The notes below the pieces were generated by a model, which saw only the letters and a list, made by a program, of their open reading frames with translations, made no database searches and was not told where the DNA came from. A DNA stretch of 28,575 nucleotides from a virus (Duplodnaviria; Caudoviricetes), in the IMG/VR virus record IMGVR_UViG_3300023214_000434, positions 1 through 28,575 of that record; one strand, given 5' to 3'. This document shows positions 10,271-19,051 of this stretch, in pieces; the first letter of the stretch is position 1; the number at the start of each line of letters is the position of its first letter. The position numbers and the translations under genes are program-made.

Positions 10271-10462
10271 ATGTATACACAACACGCAAATCACGACCTA
10301 CACGAGCAAATTCAATCCGAATTTCCCGAGCTTTCAGCTTCCAGTGTTGACCAAATAATCAAAGATTATTACGCAGGTAAGTTGAGCCACGAACAGATGC
10401 TTGCCGAAATCGAGCAGGAATCACATGCAACGCTCACGGATGGTTTCTTTGAAACCATTTAA
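10271..10462 (+). CDS. Small acidic early protein
   Basis: Preceded by the conserved leader AGCAAACGCT-ATG and followed by a terminator. Confidence 0.75.
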   Translation: MYTQHANHDLHEQIQSEFPELSASSVDQIIKDYYAGKLSHEQMLAEIEQESHATLTDGFFETI

Positions 10463-10470
10463 CCTACAAT

Positions 10471-10493
10471 AACTCCGGTTTTACCGGAGTTTT
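10471..10493 (+). terminator. Intrinsic terminator
   Basis: AACTCCGGT-TTT-ACCGGAGTT followed by T's. Confidence 0.7.
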
Positions 10494-10523
10494 AATCCCT
10501 AACTTTAAACCAAAGGTTTAATC

Positions 10524-10838
10524 ATGAAAGTTCTATCAACCATCGACTATGTACCTGTATATGCACCAAGCAACACATCAGGCGCACAACCACGCCCCGC
10601 ATCATCCAAGCCGGCGAAACCCACCAAAAAAACAACCAAAAGCAAAAAGAAGTCTACGACTTCTAAAAAACGAAAGGCAACAGTGAAAAAAGAAAAAAGC
10701 TCTAAAGAGCTAAACCAAGAACAAATACAGAAGCAGCTCGATAAGATCGAGAAAGATCTGAAGAAGCTTAAACAACAAAAAAGCTCACTGAACAGTGAGA
10801 AATACAAGTTGTTAAATAAGCTCAAGCAGGTAGCATAA
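10524..10838 (+). CDS. Lysine-rich basic protein with C-terminal coiled coil
   Basis: K/T/S-rich tract followed by heptad repeats; leader CTAACTTTAAACCAAAGGTTTAA shared with the next gene. Confidence 0.75.
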   Translation: MKVLSTIDYVPVYAPSNTSGAQPRPASSKPAKPTKKTTKSKKKSTTSKKRKATVKKEKSSKELNQEQIQKQLDKIEKDLKKLKQQKSSLNSEKYKLLNKLKQVA

Positions 10839-10846
10839 CGCCTAAC

Positions 10847-10876
10847 AAAGGGAATGGAATTTTCCATTCCCTTTTT
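10847..10876 (+). terminator. Intrinsic terminator
   Basis: AAAGGGAATGGAA-T-TTCCATTCCCTTT-type inverted repeat followed by T's. Confidence 0.75.
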
Positions 10877-10910
10877 AAAACAACTCTAACTTTAAACCAA
10901 AGGTTTAACT

Positions 10911-11177
10911 ATGGAAAAACATGAAATAACAACCGAATTCTTTCACTTCTGCTACAACTTCCCGCACGATATACGGGACAGGTTGATTGAGTTGTACGGT
11001 GAGCGCTTAGGGCAACATTTTTACCGTAAATATCGTGGATACGCATTGGACTACAAGGGCATTCCGTGGCGCACATTTCACGCTATGGTGCGCATGTATT
11101 GCGATATGACCGATGGAAACAGAAAAACATTCCATCAACTTGTTGATGAATACAACCAAGAAATAGCCCAACATTAA
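10911..11177 (+). CDS. Hypothetical early protein
   Basis: ORF with the repeated leader; hairpin CCCTCTC..GAGAGGG downstream. Confidence 0.7.
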   Translation: MEKHEITTEFFHFCYNFPHDIRDRLIELYGERLGQHFYRKYRGYALDYKGIPWRTFHAMVRMYCDMTDGNRKTFHQLVDEYNQEIAQH

Positions 11178-11233
11178 CTTAAAAACCCCTCTCATTAAAG
11201 AGAGGGATAAATCTTAATATAAACCCTATTGTT

Positions 11234-11671
11234 ATGAGCTGGATAATACTCACAATAACGTACAGAGACGCTCAAGGCCACGCATACAATGATTGCGTAT
11301 ATTTTGAAAATAAAAACGATCTTAATACTGATGAAGTATTAAGAGTAATTAACGAAAAAATAGGCATAGAACAGCAATTTATTGCTGAAGATTATTTCTT
11401 GCCGAACATTGCACCTACCGACAACGAGTACATAGACGTAGGCGAAATGCATCACGCATGTATTGTTATTGAGGGGATAGACAAAGAGCCAAATAACACA
11501 TATCCTCATGGCTTATCCTCTGAAATAACAGACATTTCAGACTGGATTGATACTGTATCAGGCGTTACAAGGCGTGAACTAAAGCGCAACGCCGCACAAC
11601 GCAAAATGCAGGCTATTGAGCATTACGCATCACGTATTGCGAAGCTTGCAGCACAGGCAACGAGACAGTAA
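11234..11671 (+). CDS. Hypothetical early protein
   Basis: 145-aa ORF ending at a terminator/promoter module. Confidence 0.75.
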   Translation: MSWIILTITYRDAQGHAYNDCVYFENKNDLNTDEVLRVINEKIGIEQQFIAEDYFLPNIAPTDNEYIDVGEMHHACIVIEGIDKEPNNTYPHGLSSEITDISDWIDTVSGVTRRELKRNAAQRKMQAIEHYASRIAKLAAQATRQ

Positions 11672-11813
11672 AAACATAATACCGATAGACAGTTATGTAA
11701 TACATAACTGTCTGTTTTTATTATAAAAAAGTACTTGACATTGAACAAAATATTGTGCAGATTAATAGCTCACATTTCAAGCCGCACTCAAAAACCAAAC
11801 AGCAAATGCTATG
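11671..11813 (+). promoter_or_regulatory. Terminator-promoter-operator-leader module, copy 1
   Basis: Hairpin 11687-11713 plus T tract, TTGACA (11735)-N17-CAGATT, dyad TGAACAA-N4-TTGTGCA (11742-11759), AGCAAATGCT-ATG. Confidence 0.85.
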
Positions 11814-12005
11814 GACACACACAGACAACACATAAAAGATATTATACGCCAACGTGAAGGGCTTACCCAAGATCAGGCGGAAGAACGCTTCCAGCAACAC
11901 AGGCAAGAATTAATCAACCGCATTGAATCTGGGGAATTACCCTTTGATTATTGCTATGAGCAATTTGGCCTTGAGCCGGATTACCTTGAAGACTTTTTAG
12001 TATAA
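11811..12005 (+). CDS. Small hypothetical phage protein
   Basis: Starts at the module ATG; ends with FGLEPDYLEDFL. Confidence 0.8.
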   Translation: MDTHRQHIKDIIRQREGLTQDQAEERFQQHRQELINRIESGELPFDYCYEQFGLEPDYLEDFLV

Positions 12006-12028
12006 CCTTAACCAAAAACCCTAATATT

Positions 12029-12649
12029 ATGAGTATTTCAAACAGACTTATTAAATCCCTATCAAAACACATTGCCGGAGACGATATAAACCGAATGGCG
12101 CTCATGGGTGTTGCTTGCCACGGCCCGCACATGGTAGCAACCGATGCGCACAAGCTTGTATATGTTGAAACGGATGAAGAAAACCAGCACTTTGCAGATT
12201 CGGCAGTGTATGAAATTGACGAAAAACAAGCGCTAAATGCTGATTTTGTGGCTCAGGCGCATTGGTTTCTGGATCAAAATTACCCGAATATCGCATCTGT
12301 TGTACCCGAAGATGATCCGGATGTTGAAGTTACTATTCAAGTTGAAGTACTTCTTGATCTGTTGAAGTTCTTAGACGCCATAAATGTACCTTCGGTAGTT
12401 TTTAAAATTGTGAATGCCGACACAAAATATCCACGAATCATTTTTGAAACTATTGATGAAGCGAAATATAAAGGTGGCGCAATAAAACGTGCCGCTGGTA
12501 TAGTAATGCCGATGCTTATGCCGTATCACTGTCCCGATGAAAAGGAATATCCTCGAAAGAAAAACCATTTGGCACTAATGAAACCGCTCTTTAAAGAGAT
12601 CGTTGAAGCGGTAAATAACTTTGAACCATCAAATTTGCAGGAGGCGTAA
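12029..12649 (+). CDS. Truncated DNA polymerase III beta-clamp-like protein
   Basis: DnaN-like motifs R.ALMGV, MVATDAHKL, YPNIASVVP, GIVMPM; only 206 aa. Confidence 0.65.
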   Translation: MSISNRLIKSLSKHIAGDDINRMALMGVACHGPHMVATDAHKLVYVETDEENQHFADSAVYEIDEKQALNADFVAQAHWFLDQNYPNIASVVPEDDPDVEVTIQVEVLLDLLKFLDAINVPSVVFKIVNADTKYPRIIFETIDEAKYKGGAIKRAAGIVMPMLMPYHCPDEKEYPRKKNHLALMKPLFKEIVEAVNNFEPSNLQEA

Positions 12650-12650
12650 T

Positions 12651-13169
12651 ATGAGTTCGTTCATACATAGCCCACAGGAATATGTTGAATTACGCAACGG
12701 TTTGTATGATCTGTTTGTAAATACAGAAACAACAGCAGATCAAGTAAGTCAATTTATAAGAAAATCAGATTATATATGTGATTCCATTGACGAATTAAGC
12801 ACAAAAAGAGAAATAGCTACTGCTATAACTGAAACACTTGCTTATTTAGAATGTAGTTGCGTTATATTACAGTACGAGAAACACTATGAGCATGGTTTTG
12901 AGCCAACGGTTCTTGATGAACAGCACTATATTCGAATCGAGCTTCATAAATACATGATCAAAGACACAAAGCACCCGGTTTGCGTATATAAGCTACTGCA
13001 AAGTATAAATTACCAAAGCGAAGTCGATAGACTTTTCAAAAGGTTTCCTAATAATGTTGAAACGGGCATCTTATATAGGGAATCATACGATCTTTTGAGG
13101 TTTCTCAAAGCTCTTGTAGCCGACAAGATTATATCGTCAACCCCACAATACGCAAAATGCGGCTGGTAA
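12651..13169 (+). CDS. Hypothetical protein
   Basis: ATG at 12651 after GGAGG, immediately following the upstream stop. Confidence 0.7.
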   Translation: MSSFIHSPQEYVELRNGLYDLFVNTETTADQVSQFIRKSDYICDSIDELSTKREIATAITETLAYLECSCVILQYEKHYEHGFEPTVLDEQHYIRIELHKYMIKDTKHPVCVYKLLQSINYQSEVDRLFKRFPNNVETGILYRESYDLLRFLKALVADKIISSTPQYAKCGW

Positions 13170-13181
13170 TACGTTAGGGTT

Positions 13182-13214
13182 ACCCCATCAGGCAAAATGT
13201 CTGATGGGGTTTTT
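13182..13214 (+). terminator. Intrinsic terminator
   Basis: ACCCCATCAGGCA-AAA-TGTCTGATGGGGT followed by T's. Confidence 0.8.
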
Positions 13215-13234
13215 AATTTAAAACAAAATAAATT

Positions 13235-13486
13235 ATGTCTGCAATAAAAATACAAGTAACACTTAAACTACACAAGAAAATGAAATTTTCAGAAAAGCAT
13301 TTTATTGATGATTTAAAAGGAAACTTTCGTTCGTGGGAAACCGGGCATGATAACGAACAGGATGCACTTGCATTATTCGCAATTCTCATGCATAGACACC
13401 CAAACGAATCAACCGAACTTTTGAAAGAATGGGCATTTGATTGGGTGGGATACCGACAGCCAACAAACCATAATACAGAAAGGTAG
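13235..13486 (+). CDS. Hypothetical protein
   Basis: 83-aa ORF with an A-rich leader, ending in module copy 2. Confidence 0.65.
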   Translation: MSAIKIQVTLKLHKKMKFSEKHFIDDLKGNFRSWETGHDNEQDALALFAILMHRHPNESTELLKEWAFDWVGYRQPTNHNTER

Positions 13487-13605
13487 TTATCTTGATAACT
13501 ACCTGTTTTTATTATAAAAAAAGTACTTGACATTGAACAAAATATTGTGCAGATTAATAGCTCACATTTCAAACCGCACTCAAAAACCAAATAGCAAATG
13601 CTATG
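13469..13605 (+). promoter_or_regulatory. Terminator-promoter-operator-leader module, copy 2
   Basis: Hairpin AGGTAGTTATC-TT-GATAACTACCT (13481-13504); TTGACA at 13527; about 100 bp nearly identical to copy 1. Confidence 0.85.
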
Positions 13606-14511
13606 AAAAACAAAGTATATAAATTAATAACCGACCGCTTCATAGAAGCTCTCGAACAAAACATTATACCGTGGGAAAAACCGTGGTCTACTGAAGGGCA
13701 CACACCCCGAAACGCCATTACAGGCAGACCTTATTCGGGTGTTAATAGATTAATCTTATCCTTGAGTTATAAATACGCCTCACCATTTTGGCTGACCTAT
13801 AGACAGGCAAAAGAGCTTGGAGGATCTGTGATTGAAGGAGAAAAATCCACACCAGTCGTGTTTTGGATGCCTATGTATTATATAGATGGGAAACAGGTTG
13901 AGCATGAAGAAACCGAGGGGTTAGACAGTAGTGAATACGATGTAAGATATATATTGCGATACTATAACGTGTTCAACTATGAGCAATGTGAGGATATAGA
14001 CGAGCACAAATTACCGGAACTTCAGGCTATCAATCATCCAGCTATAAGTTCAGCAGAGCGTTTTATAAATCATTATATGGCAGCAGAGCAAATCACAAAG
14101 GGCGTTGGGCCAAGGGCTATGTATAACCCGGTTTTAGATCGCATTGTTATGCCACAGCTTTCGGATTTCAAAAATCCGGAATATTATTATAAAACGTATT
14201 TTCATGAGATTATTCACTCAACCGGCCACAAAACCCGGCTGGATAGAGAGTTGAAGGGTAAACCTGATATGAAAGAATATTCCAAAGAGGAATTGACAGC
14301 CGAAATTGGAGCATCATTTATATGCCAAGAATTTGGAATACGTGAAGCTATAATGGAAAATTCAACAGCTTATATCCAAGGGTGGATAAAAGCGCTTAAA
14401 CAGGACAAAGGCGAATATTACATTATAGGGGCCGCAAGTCGGGCAGAGAAAGCAACCGAATTCTTAGCCCAATACTACACCCATGCAGAACATGCGCTTG
14501 AAACCGCATAA
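13603..14511 (+). CDS. ardC: ArdC-family antirestriction protein (ssDNA-binding domain plus zincin-like metallopeptidase)
   Basis: IPWEKPW, NAITGRPYSGVN, WLTYRQAKELGG, YNVFN, HEIIHSTGH, EELTAEIGA. Confidence 0.93.
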   Translation: MKNKVYKLITDRFIEALEQNIIPWEKPWSTEGHTPRNAITGRPYSGVNRLILSLSYKYASPFWLTYRQAKELGGSVIEGEKSTPVVFWMPMYYIDGKQVEHEETEGLDSSEYDVRYILRYYNVFNYEQCEDIDEHKLPELQAINHPAISSAERFINHYMAAEQITKGVGPRAMYNPVLDRIVMPQLSDFKNPEYYYKTYFHEIIHSTGHKTRLDRELKGKPDMKEYSKEELTAEIGASFICQEFGIREAIMENSTAYIQGWIKALKQDKGEYYIIGAASRAEKATEFLAQYYTHAEHALETA

Positions 14512-14525
14512 CCCCAAAGATGATT

Positions 14526-14560
14526 ATCCCGTGTGTTTTGACCGGCACACGGGATTTAAC
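14526..14560 (+). repeat. Hairpin repeat, copy 1 (ATCCCGTGTGYTTTGACCGGCACACGGGA)
   Basis: Second copy at 15536; the pair brackets one gene. Confidence 0.85.
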
Positions 14561-14609
14561 CCGGGGCAACTGCTCTGGAATAATCAAAACAAAACCAAAT
14601 AGGTAAATT

Positions 14610-15527
14610 ATGACACAAGAAGATATATTTTCAATGACAAAAGAATCGGCTATTGCCGAACTAAGAAAAAAGCTAAACGAGGATCTGATATCAGAAGCAA
14701 AGATTCGATCAATAATACACAGAATATACACTCTGGAAAACGATCTTTTTGAATTTAAAGATTCCGAACAGGCTGATAATTTTCTTGAACAAGAAGGTCA
14801 AAAAGCATACACAATAGTTGATATGCAAATGAATTACCACATCGCAAAATTTAGGAAAGATTGGATTAAAATAATAAATAAAATTACGGGTAGAAAATCA
14901 GAGCCAATACACATTGCCTACACAGACATAGAGGAAATGATAAAATTCCATGCCCGGTCTTTAAATAATAAAATAGAAGATCATATAACCGCAATTAAAG
15001 CCGATCAGCGCAACGAGTACCTGGGTAACAGGGAGGCTGCCGAGAAGTTTTTAGAATCCCGGTCGCATCGTGGGTATTCATTATACGAAGGTATATTAGG
15101 CGAAGACGTGCGTAACTACATATCACAGGTTAGGAAAGAAATTAAAGACGCCGAAGACCAAAGAATCCGAAAAAAACGAGAAGAACGAGAAGCCAAAGAG
15201 CAAAAAGAAGAAGCGGCGCGTAAATCGTGGATTGAAAATCACGGCTCTGATCGGCTGAAAACAATGCTTGAAGAAGGTTATGAATACCGCATGACTTACG
15301 AGCAAGAGCGATGCGCTGCCGAATACCCTGAATATGAGCTTGATGAATCAGGTGAAAAATTCGATTGGGAACAACGGGCAAACCCATCGAAAAATGCTCT
15401 TGGCCAGGCTAAAACACATAAGCAGCATGGCGGAGAAGTAGTGTGGCTTAAATCACACTATGAGCCGGGCGAGGCGGTTATAATAAAGCCTGAATGGTCT
15501 CGATATCATTTAGTGAAAACAATATAA
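14610..15527 (+). CDS. Hypothetical coiled-coil protein, 305 aa
   Basis: Long ORF with an E/K/R-rich helix; WIENHGSDRLK segment. Confidence 0.8.
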   Translation: MTQEDIFSMTKESAIAELRKKLNEDLISEAKIRSIIHRIYTLENDLFEFKDSEQADNFLEQEGQKAYTIVDMQMNYHIAKFRKDWIKIINKITGRKSEPIHIAYTDIEEMIKFHARSLNNKIEDHITAIKADQRNEYLGNREAAEKFLESRSHRGYSLYEGILGEDVRNYISQVRKEIKDAEDQRIRKKREEREAKEQKEEAARKSWIENHGSDRLKTMLEEGYEYRMTYEQERCAAEYPEYELDESGEKFDWEQRANPSKNALGQAKTHKQHGGEVVWLKSHYEPGEAVIIKPEWSRYHLVKTI

Positions 15528-15535
15528 TTTCCCAC

Positions 15536-15571
15536 ATCCCGTGTGCTTTGACCGGCACACGGGACATTAAC
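15536..15571 (+). repeat. Hairpin repeat, copy 2
   Basis: One mismatch in 29 nt relative to the copy at 14526. Confidence 0.85.
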
Positions 15572-15601
15572 GGTAACCGTATTGGGACAATCTCCATAGA
15601 A

Positions 15602-15738
15602 AAAACATAATAACGATAGACAGTTATGTATTACATAACTGTCTGTTTTTATTATAAAAAAAGTACTTGACATTGAACAATTTTTTGTGCAGTTTAATGG
15701 CTTACTTTTCAACCAGTACATAAAAAGCAAATGCTATG
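15602..15738 (+). promoter_or_regulatory. Terminator-promoter-operator-leader module, copy 3
   Basis: Hairpin AGACAGTTATGTA-T-TACATAACTGTCT; TTGACA (15667)-N17-CAGTTT; AGCAAATGCT-ATG. Confidence 0.85.
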
Positions 15739-15963
15739 GCAAAGATAACAGTAGAGATAGAATCACATTCAATTCCACAGACAAAGACCACATCCAGGCG
15801 AATGTATTTTGTGGATAAAGTTATCCACGATGATAGCTCTAAGGCAGAATACCACTCAAACATAAATTCGTTTTTTTCAGAAGGGGAGGCGTTGCGCTTT
15901 GCTAAAAAATATGCCGAAGAAAATAACTTTAAACTACTCCCAGCCATTAAGCGATACCATTAA
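15736..15963 (+). CDS. Hypothetical early protein
   Basis: Starts at the module ATG. Confidence 0.75.
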   Translation: MAKITVEIESHSIPQTKTTSRRMYFVDKVIHDDSSKAEYHSNINSFFSEGEALRFAKKYAEENNFKLLPAIKRYH

Positions 15964-15979
15964 CCCAAAACATAACGCT

Positions 15980-16495
15980 ATGTACACATTAGAAATAAGA
16001 TTAGATTATATAGAGAATCTCGGCGATCCTGTTGATGTTACCGAAAAAACCTTTGAAGACCTTAACGAGGCGGTTCAGAAGGCCGTGGAAATTGTTTCTC
16101 AAAAGAGCCATGAGCACGGCTGTTACCAGTATGTTTGCGTGTACCAAGGCACAGAGGATGATCCCTACCAAAAACGAAAGTATGAAGGGTATTCTGAAAG
16201 CGCCGAACTTCCAGAAAACGGGGTATTGGTTTTTTATAAGCACAGAACATACATGAATTACGCATATAAGATAACCGGTGTAGAACCTGTAGGTGGCCGG
16301 TTTAATACCTATGAAGACCTGCCCTTTTCTGATGACCACACATCAGCAACACATTGTAATGTGTACGACACAGTACAAGAGTTACATGTAGATTACAAAA
16401 ACAAACACAGCATATTTGCAAAGTTACAATCAGGATCTGGAATGGTTGTAGATTATTTAATCTCTAACGGAAATTTAAAAGAAGAAAATGAATAA
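15980..16495 (+). CDS. Hypothetical protein
   Basis: Start reassigned to ATG 15980, which has an AACGCT-ATG context like the other early genes. Confidence 0.75.
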   Translation: MYTLEIRLDYIENLGDPVDVTEKTFEDLNEAVQKAVEIVSQKSHEHGCYQYVCVYQGTEDDPYQKRKYEGYSESAELPENGVLVFYKHRTYMNYAYKITGVEPVGGRFNTYEDLPFSDDHTSATHCNVYDTVQELHVDYKNKHSIFAKLQSGSGMVVDYLISNGNLKEENE

Positions 16496-16542
16496 ACGCA
16501 TTATCAATGCCGATAAAAAAAAGCTAATTAAAAATAAAAAAA

Positions 16543-16815
16543 ATGACTAATAAAATTACAGCAAAAAAAATTGAACCCGGTCTATATTACGCAAGAGAAA
16601 TTGATGAACCGATCTTTTTTATCCGCGTGGACGACCGGTTGCATATATGGGAGATACGACAGAAAATTGACGAAGGCACATATAAGGTGCTTAACACCTG
16701 CGGCAGCCGTAAAGACTGTGTAATATGGCTTGAGCTTAATTATAAAAAGCGGGGCCTTACATATTTATATGCAAACCAACACCTAACAAACAAAGAACCT
16801 GTATATGATGGGTAA
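16543..16815 (+). CDS. Hypothetical protein
   Basis: 90-aa ORF with an A-rich leader. Confidence 0.65.
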   Translation: MTNKITAKKIEPGLYYAREIDEPIFFIRVDDRLHIWEIRQKIDEGTYKVLNTCGSRKDCVIWLELNYKKRGLTYLYANQHLTNKEPVYDG

Positions 16816-16935
16816 AATATACTCTGTATAGATCTAATCAAAACCACTAAAAAGCAAACAAATAATACAATGGATAAAGAAATTTTATCAGAACTTTTTG
16901 AATTAAAGTTTGGCAATAATTAACAACATAAAATC

Positions 16936-17019
16936 TGCACAAATATTTGACATTAATAAAAATTTTGTGCAGTTTTTTGGAAACCTTTTAAATCCGAACC
17001 TAAAAAAGCAAACGCTATG
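16936..17019 (+). promoter_or_regulatory. Diverged promoter-operator-leader module, copy 4
   Basis: TTGACA (16947)-N17-CAGTTT, TTGTGCA half-site, extra TGCACAA at 16936, AGCAAACGCT-ATG. Confidence 0.7.
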
Positions 17020-17304
17020 AACATACTAATTAACCCTTTACGACAACTTGTGATATGGCCAAGCAATCTATACGATGGATACATTGATTGTGATAAACTC
17101 AATGAAGACCTCACCTACGATAGGTGTGTATTTTCATGCCGGGGAACATTACCCCAGGCCTTAGAGTACGGGATAAATAATAATTTCGTGCCAAAATCAG
17201 GATGGGTACAGATGAATGTTGACCGTATAGAAAGTTGGGAAACGATATGGCCGGAAGCCATGAAACAATTACGTAATAAAGCTTTAAAAAAGGAGAGTAT
17301 ATGA
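17017..17304 (+). CDS. Hypothetical protein
   Basis: Starts at the module ATG; ATGA overlap with the next gene. Confidence 0.75.
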   Translation: MNILINPLRQLVIWPSNLYDGYIDCDKLNEDLTYDRCVFSCRGTLPQALEYGINNNFVPKSGWVQMNVDRIESWETIWPEAMKQLRNKALKKESI

Positions 17305-17651
17305 ACCGTAAGATGTTCGGGTTGTTGATTTTTATTATCCTTGGCGTACCACTCTTGATGACTCAATTGTACGATATTTCTATAGTGCCTTGTAAAATTA
17401 ATTACATCACAATACACAGTCGGGCATCTATTTCGGCCGGTTCACCAGAATACAGTATTACTGTTACTGACGTTGAAGGTAATTCATATAAGGTTCCTAT
17501 TAATTATGCATTATTTAAAGAGCTTCGTGCCGGAGATTGGGTTCCAATTAGGATATATAGAAATAAATTCACGGAAAATACAATAGTAAGAACTTATAAA
17601 AGTGTAGACACTAATTCTCAATTACAAAACCGAAGGAATAAAAATGAGTAA
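17301..17651 (+). CDS. Membrane-anchored hypothetical protein
   Basis: N-terminal hydrophobic helix; translational coupling. Confidence 0.7.
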   Translation: MNRKMFGLLIFIILGVPLLMTQLYDISIVPCKINYITIHSRASISAGSPEYSITVTDVEGNSYKVPINYALFKELRAGDWVPIRIYRNKFTENTIVRTYKSVDTNSQLQNRRNKNE

Positions 17652-17964
17652 AAAGAAAACAAAAACAATGGTAGACACTGAAGAATACATACGTCCTCGG
17701 AGCTATAGGTTCCTACAGCGCATTCGAGGCGTAATGAACATGTCTGAATTGGCCCGGCTGGCTGGGGACATTGCAAACAAAGACAGCTTCTATTCAAGAG
17801 TCCGGCGCAACAGCGACCTAAGCAAAAGCCTGGACGCAAAAGCTGAATCGGAAGCAATTGCAGAGGTTCTTAATGAGCTTTGGTACATCATTGGTGTTGG
17901 CATTGGTAAATTACCCGAAGACAGAAAAAAGGAATATAAATATTTCAACGATGATTGGAGATAA
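17644..17964 (+). CDS. Possible HTH DNA-binding protein
   Basis: MNMSELARLAG resembles an HTH first helix. Confidence 0.5.
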   Translation: MSKKKTKTMVDTEEYIRPRSYRFLQRIRGVMNMSELARLAGDIANKDSFYSRVRRNSDLSKSLDAKAESEAIAEVLNELWYIIGVGIGKLPEDRKKEYKYFNDDWR

Positions 17965-18208
17965 TTACATATTACTAAGCGTACTTGTGCTGATGGCTAC
18001 CGAAATTGGTTTTATAGCTTGGGAAGAATACAAGCAAGAAAGAGCGTATAGAAAGCGCCTTAAATCTTTTGAAACCAACCGTCCGCATTTGCATGAGTAT
18101 GCTGAGCAATCATATAAAGCAAACGCAAGGTTTGATAAACAAACGAAAGGCGTGGCTATAGATAATGGCCCGGTAAACAATGAACATAAAACATATACAA
18201 CGGATTAA
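17951..18208 (+). CDS. Small membrane protein
   Basis: ATG at 17951; hydrophobic YILLSVLVLMATEIGFIAW. Confidence 0.6.
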   Translation: MIGDNYILLSVLVLMATEIGFIAWEEYKQERAYRKRLKSFETNRPHLHEYAEQSYKANARFDKQTKGVAIDNGPVNNEHKTYTTD

Positions 18209-18635
18209 ATTACAAGATGTTCTTGTAGGCATAGACTGTGGCACTACAACTGGGCTTGCTGTAATGAAAAGAGCAACCGGGGATTTAATTCTACACACTT
18301 CAGACTTTTGGAACACTTATGATTTCATAGTAGAAAATTTTGGACCAACCCAAGTTGGTATATTCATTGAATCTCCCCAACACATTAAACCCTCTTTTAG
18401 GCGCACTAAGAACATACGAAAAGAAAAAAAGATAGCACAAAACGTAGGAGGTGTTAAACGAGAAACGGAGTTACTCATTGAAGGTATCCGACGCGCCGGG
18501 TATTTGGTTGCTGAAGTAGTTCCAAAAAAAACTAAATTGACACACAATCAATTTGTAACCTTGACTGGGTACAATAAAACTAAAACAACAAATCAACATT
18601 GCAGAGATGCAGCAATGTTAATATACGGATTATGA
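18180..18635 (+). CDS. RuvC-like Holliday junction resolvase
   Basis: LVGIDCGTTTGLAV, IFIESP, HCRDAAMLI. Confidence 0.8.
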   Translation: MNIKHIQRIKLQDVLVGIDCGTTTGLAVMKRATGDLILHTSDFWNTYDFIVENFGPTQVGIFIESPQHIKPSFRRTKNIRKEKKIAQNVGGVKRETELLIEGIRRAGYLVAEVVPKKTKLTHNQFVTLTGYNKTKTTNQHCRDAAMLIYGL

Positions 18636-19051
18636 AAGTTTATAATTTTTTATACAAAGTGAACGGTGTATTTATCGGTAAACATTTTCGCTACCATCAT
18701 GACCCAAACTCCCCGTATAAACGCTACACTTCAAAGAAGTTTGGGGGAGTTACTATACGAACATTACGTGATTTAGTAGCGATTGAACAGGAAACCGTGA
18801 TCCTTAGTGTCCGGTATTCGGGCAGGGACTTTACCGACAACAAACTAAGTTACGTTAACGGTATAAAAATTGACCTTATAGAACTGGATGATCCACGCAT
18901 TAAAGAGCACAACATTGATGTTGATAACTTGGAACATGTTGAGCTTGAAATAAAAAAGAAGGGATATCATATAACCGGTGAATCTACTGCTTTAGAAATA
19001 TTTGTTGGAACCGATAGCGTTGTGATACTTTTGAACCCTGTCCTTACATGA
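18632..19051 (+). CDS. Hypothetical protein
   Basis: ATGA overlaps at both ends. Confidence 0.7.
   Translation: MKVYNFLYKVNGVFIGKHFRYHHDPNSPYKRYTSKKFGGVTIRTLRDLVAIEQETVILSVRYSGRDFTDNKLSYVNGIKIDLIELDDPRIKEHNIDVDNLEHVELEIKKKGYHITGESTALEIFVGTDSVVILLNPVLT

Noticed and set aside
9372-10350. ORFs 9372..9680, 9593..9868, 9767..10012, 10041..10229 and 10156..10350
   Set aside because: Atypical composition, mostly non-ATG starts, mutually overlapping, and lying across repeats and a promoter
14505-14570. attC-like site after ardC (GCATAAC plus hairpin)
   Set aside because: No matching GTT core or extrahelical-base pattern
11721-15730. Similar minus-strand peptides (..CSMSSTFF..) at 11721, 13213 and 15506
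   Set aside because: Antisense shadows of the repeated promoter module
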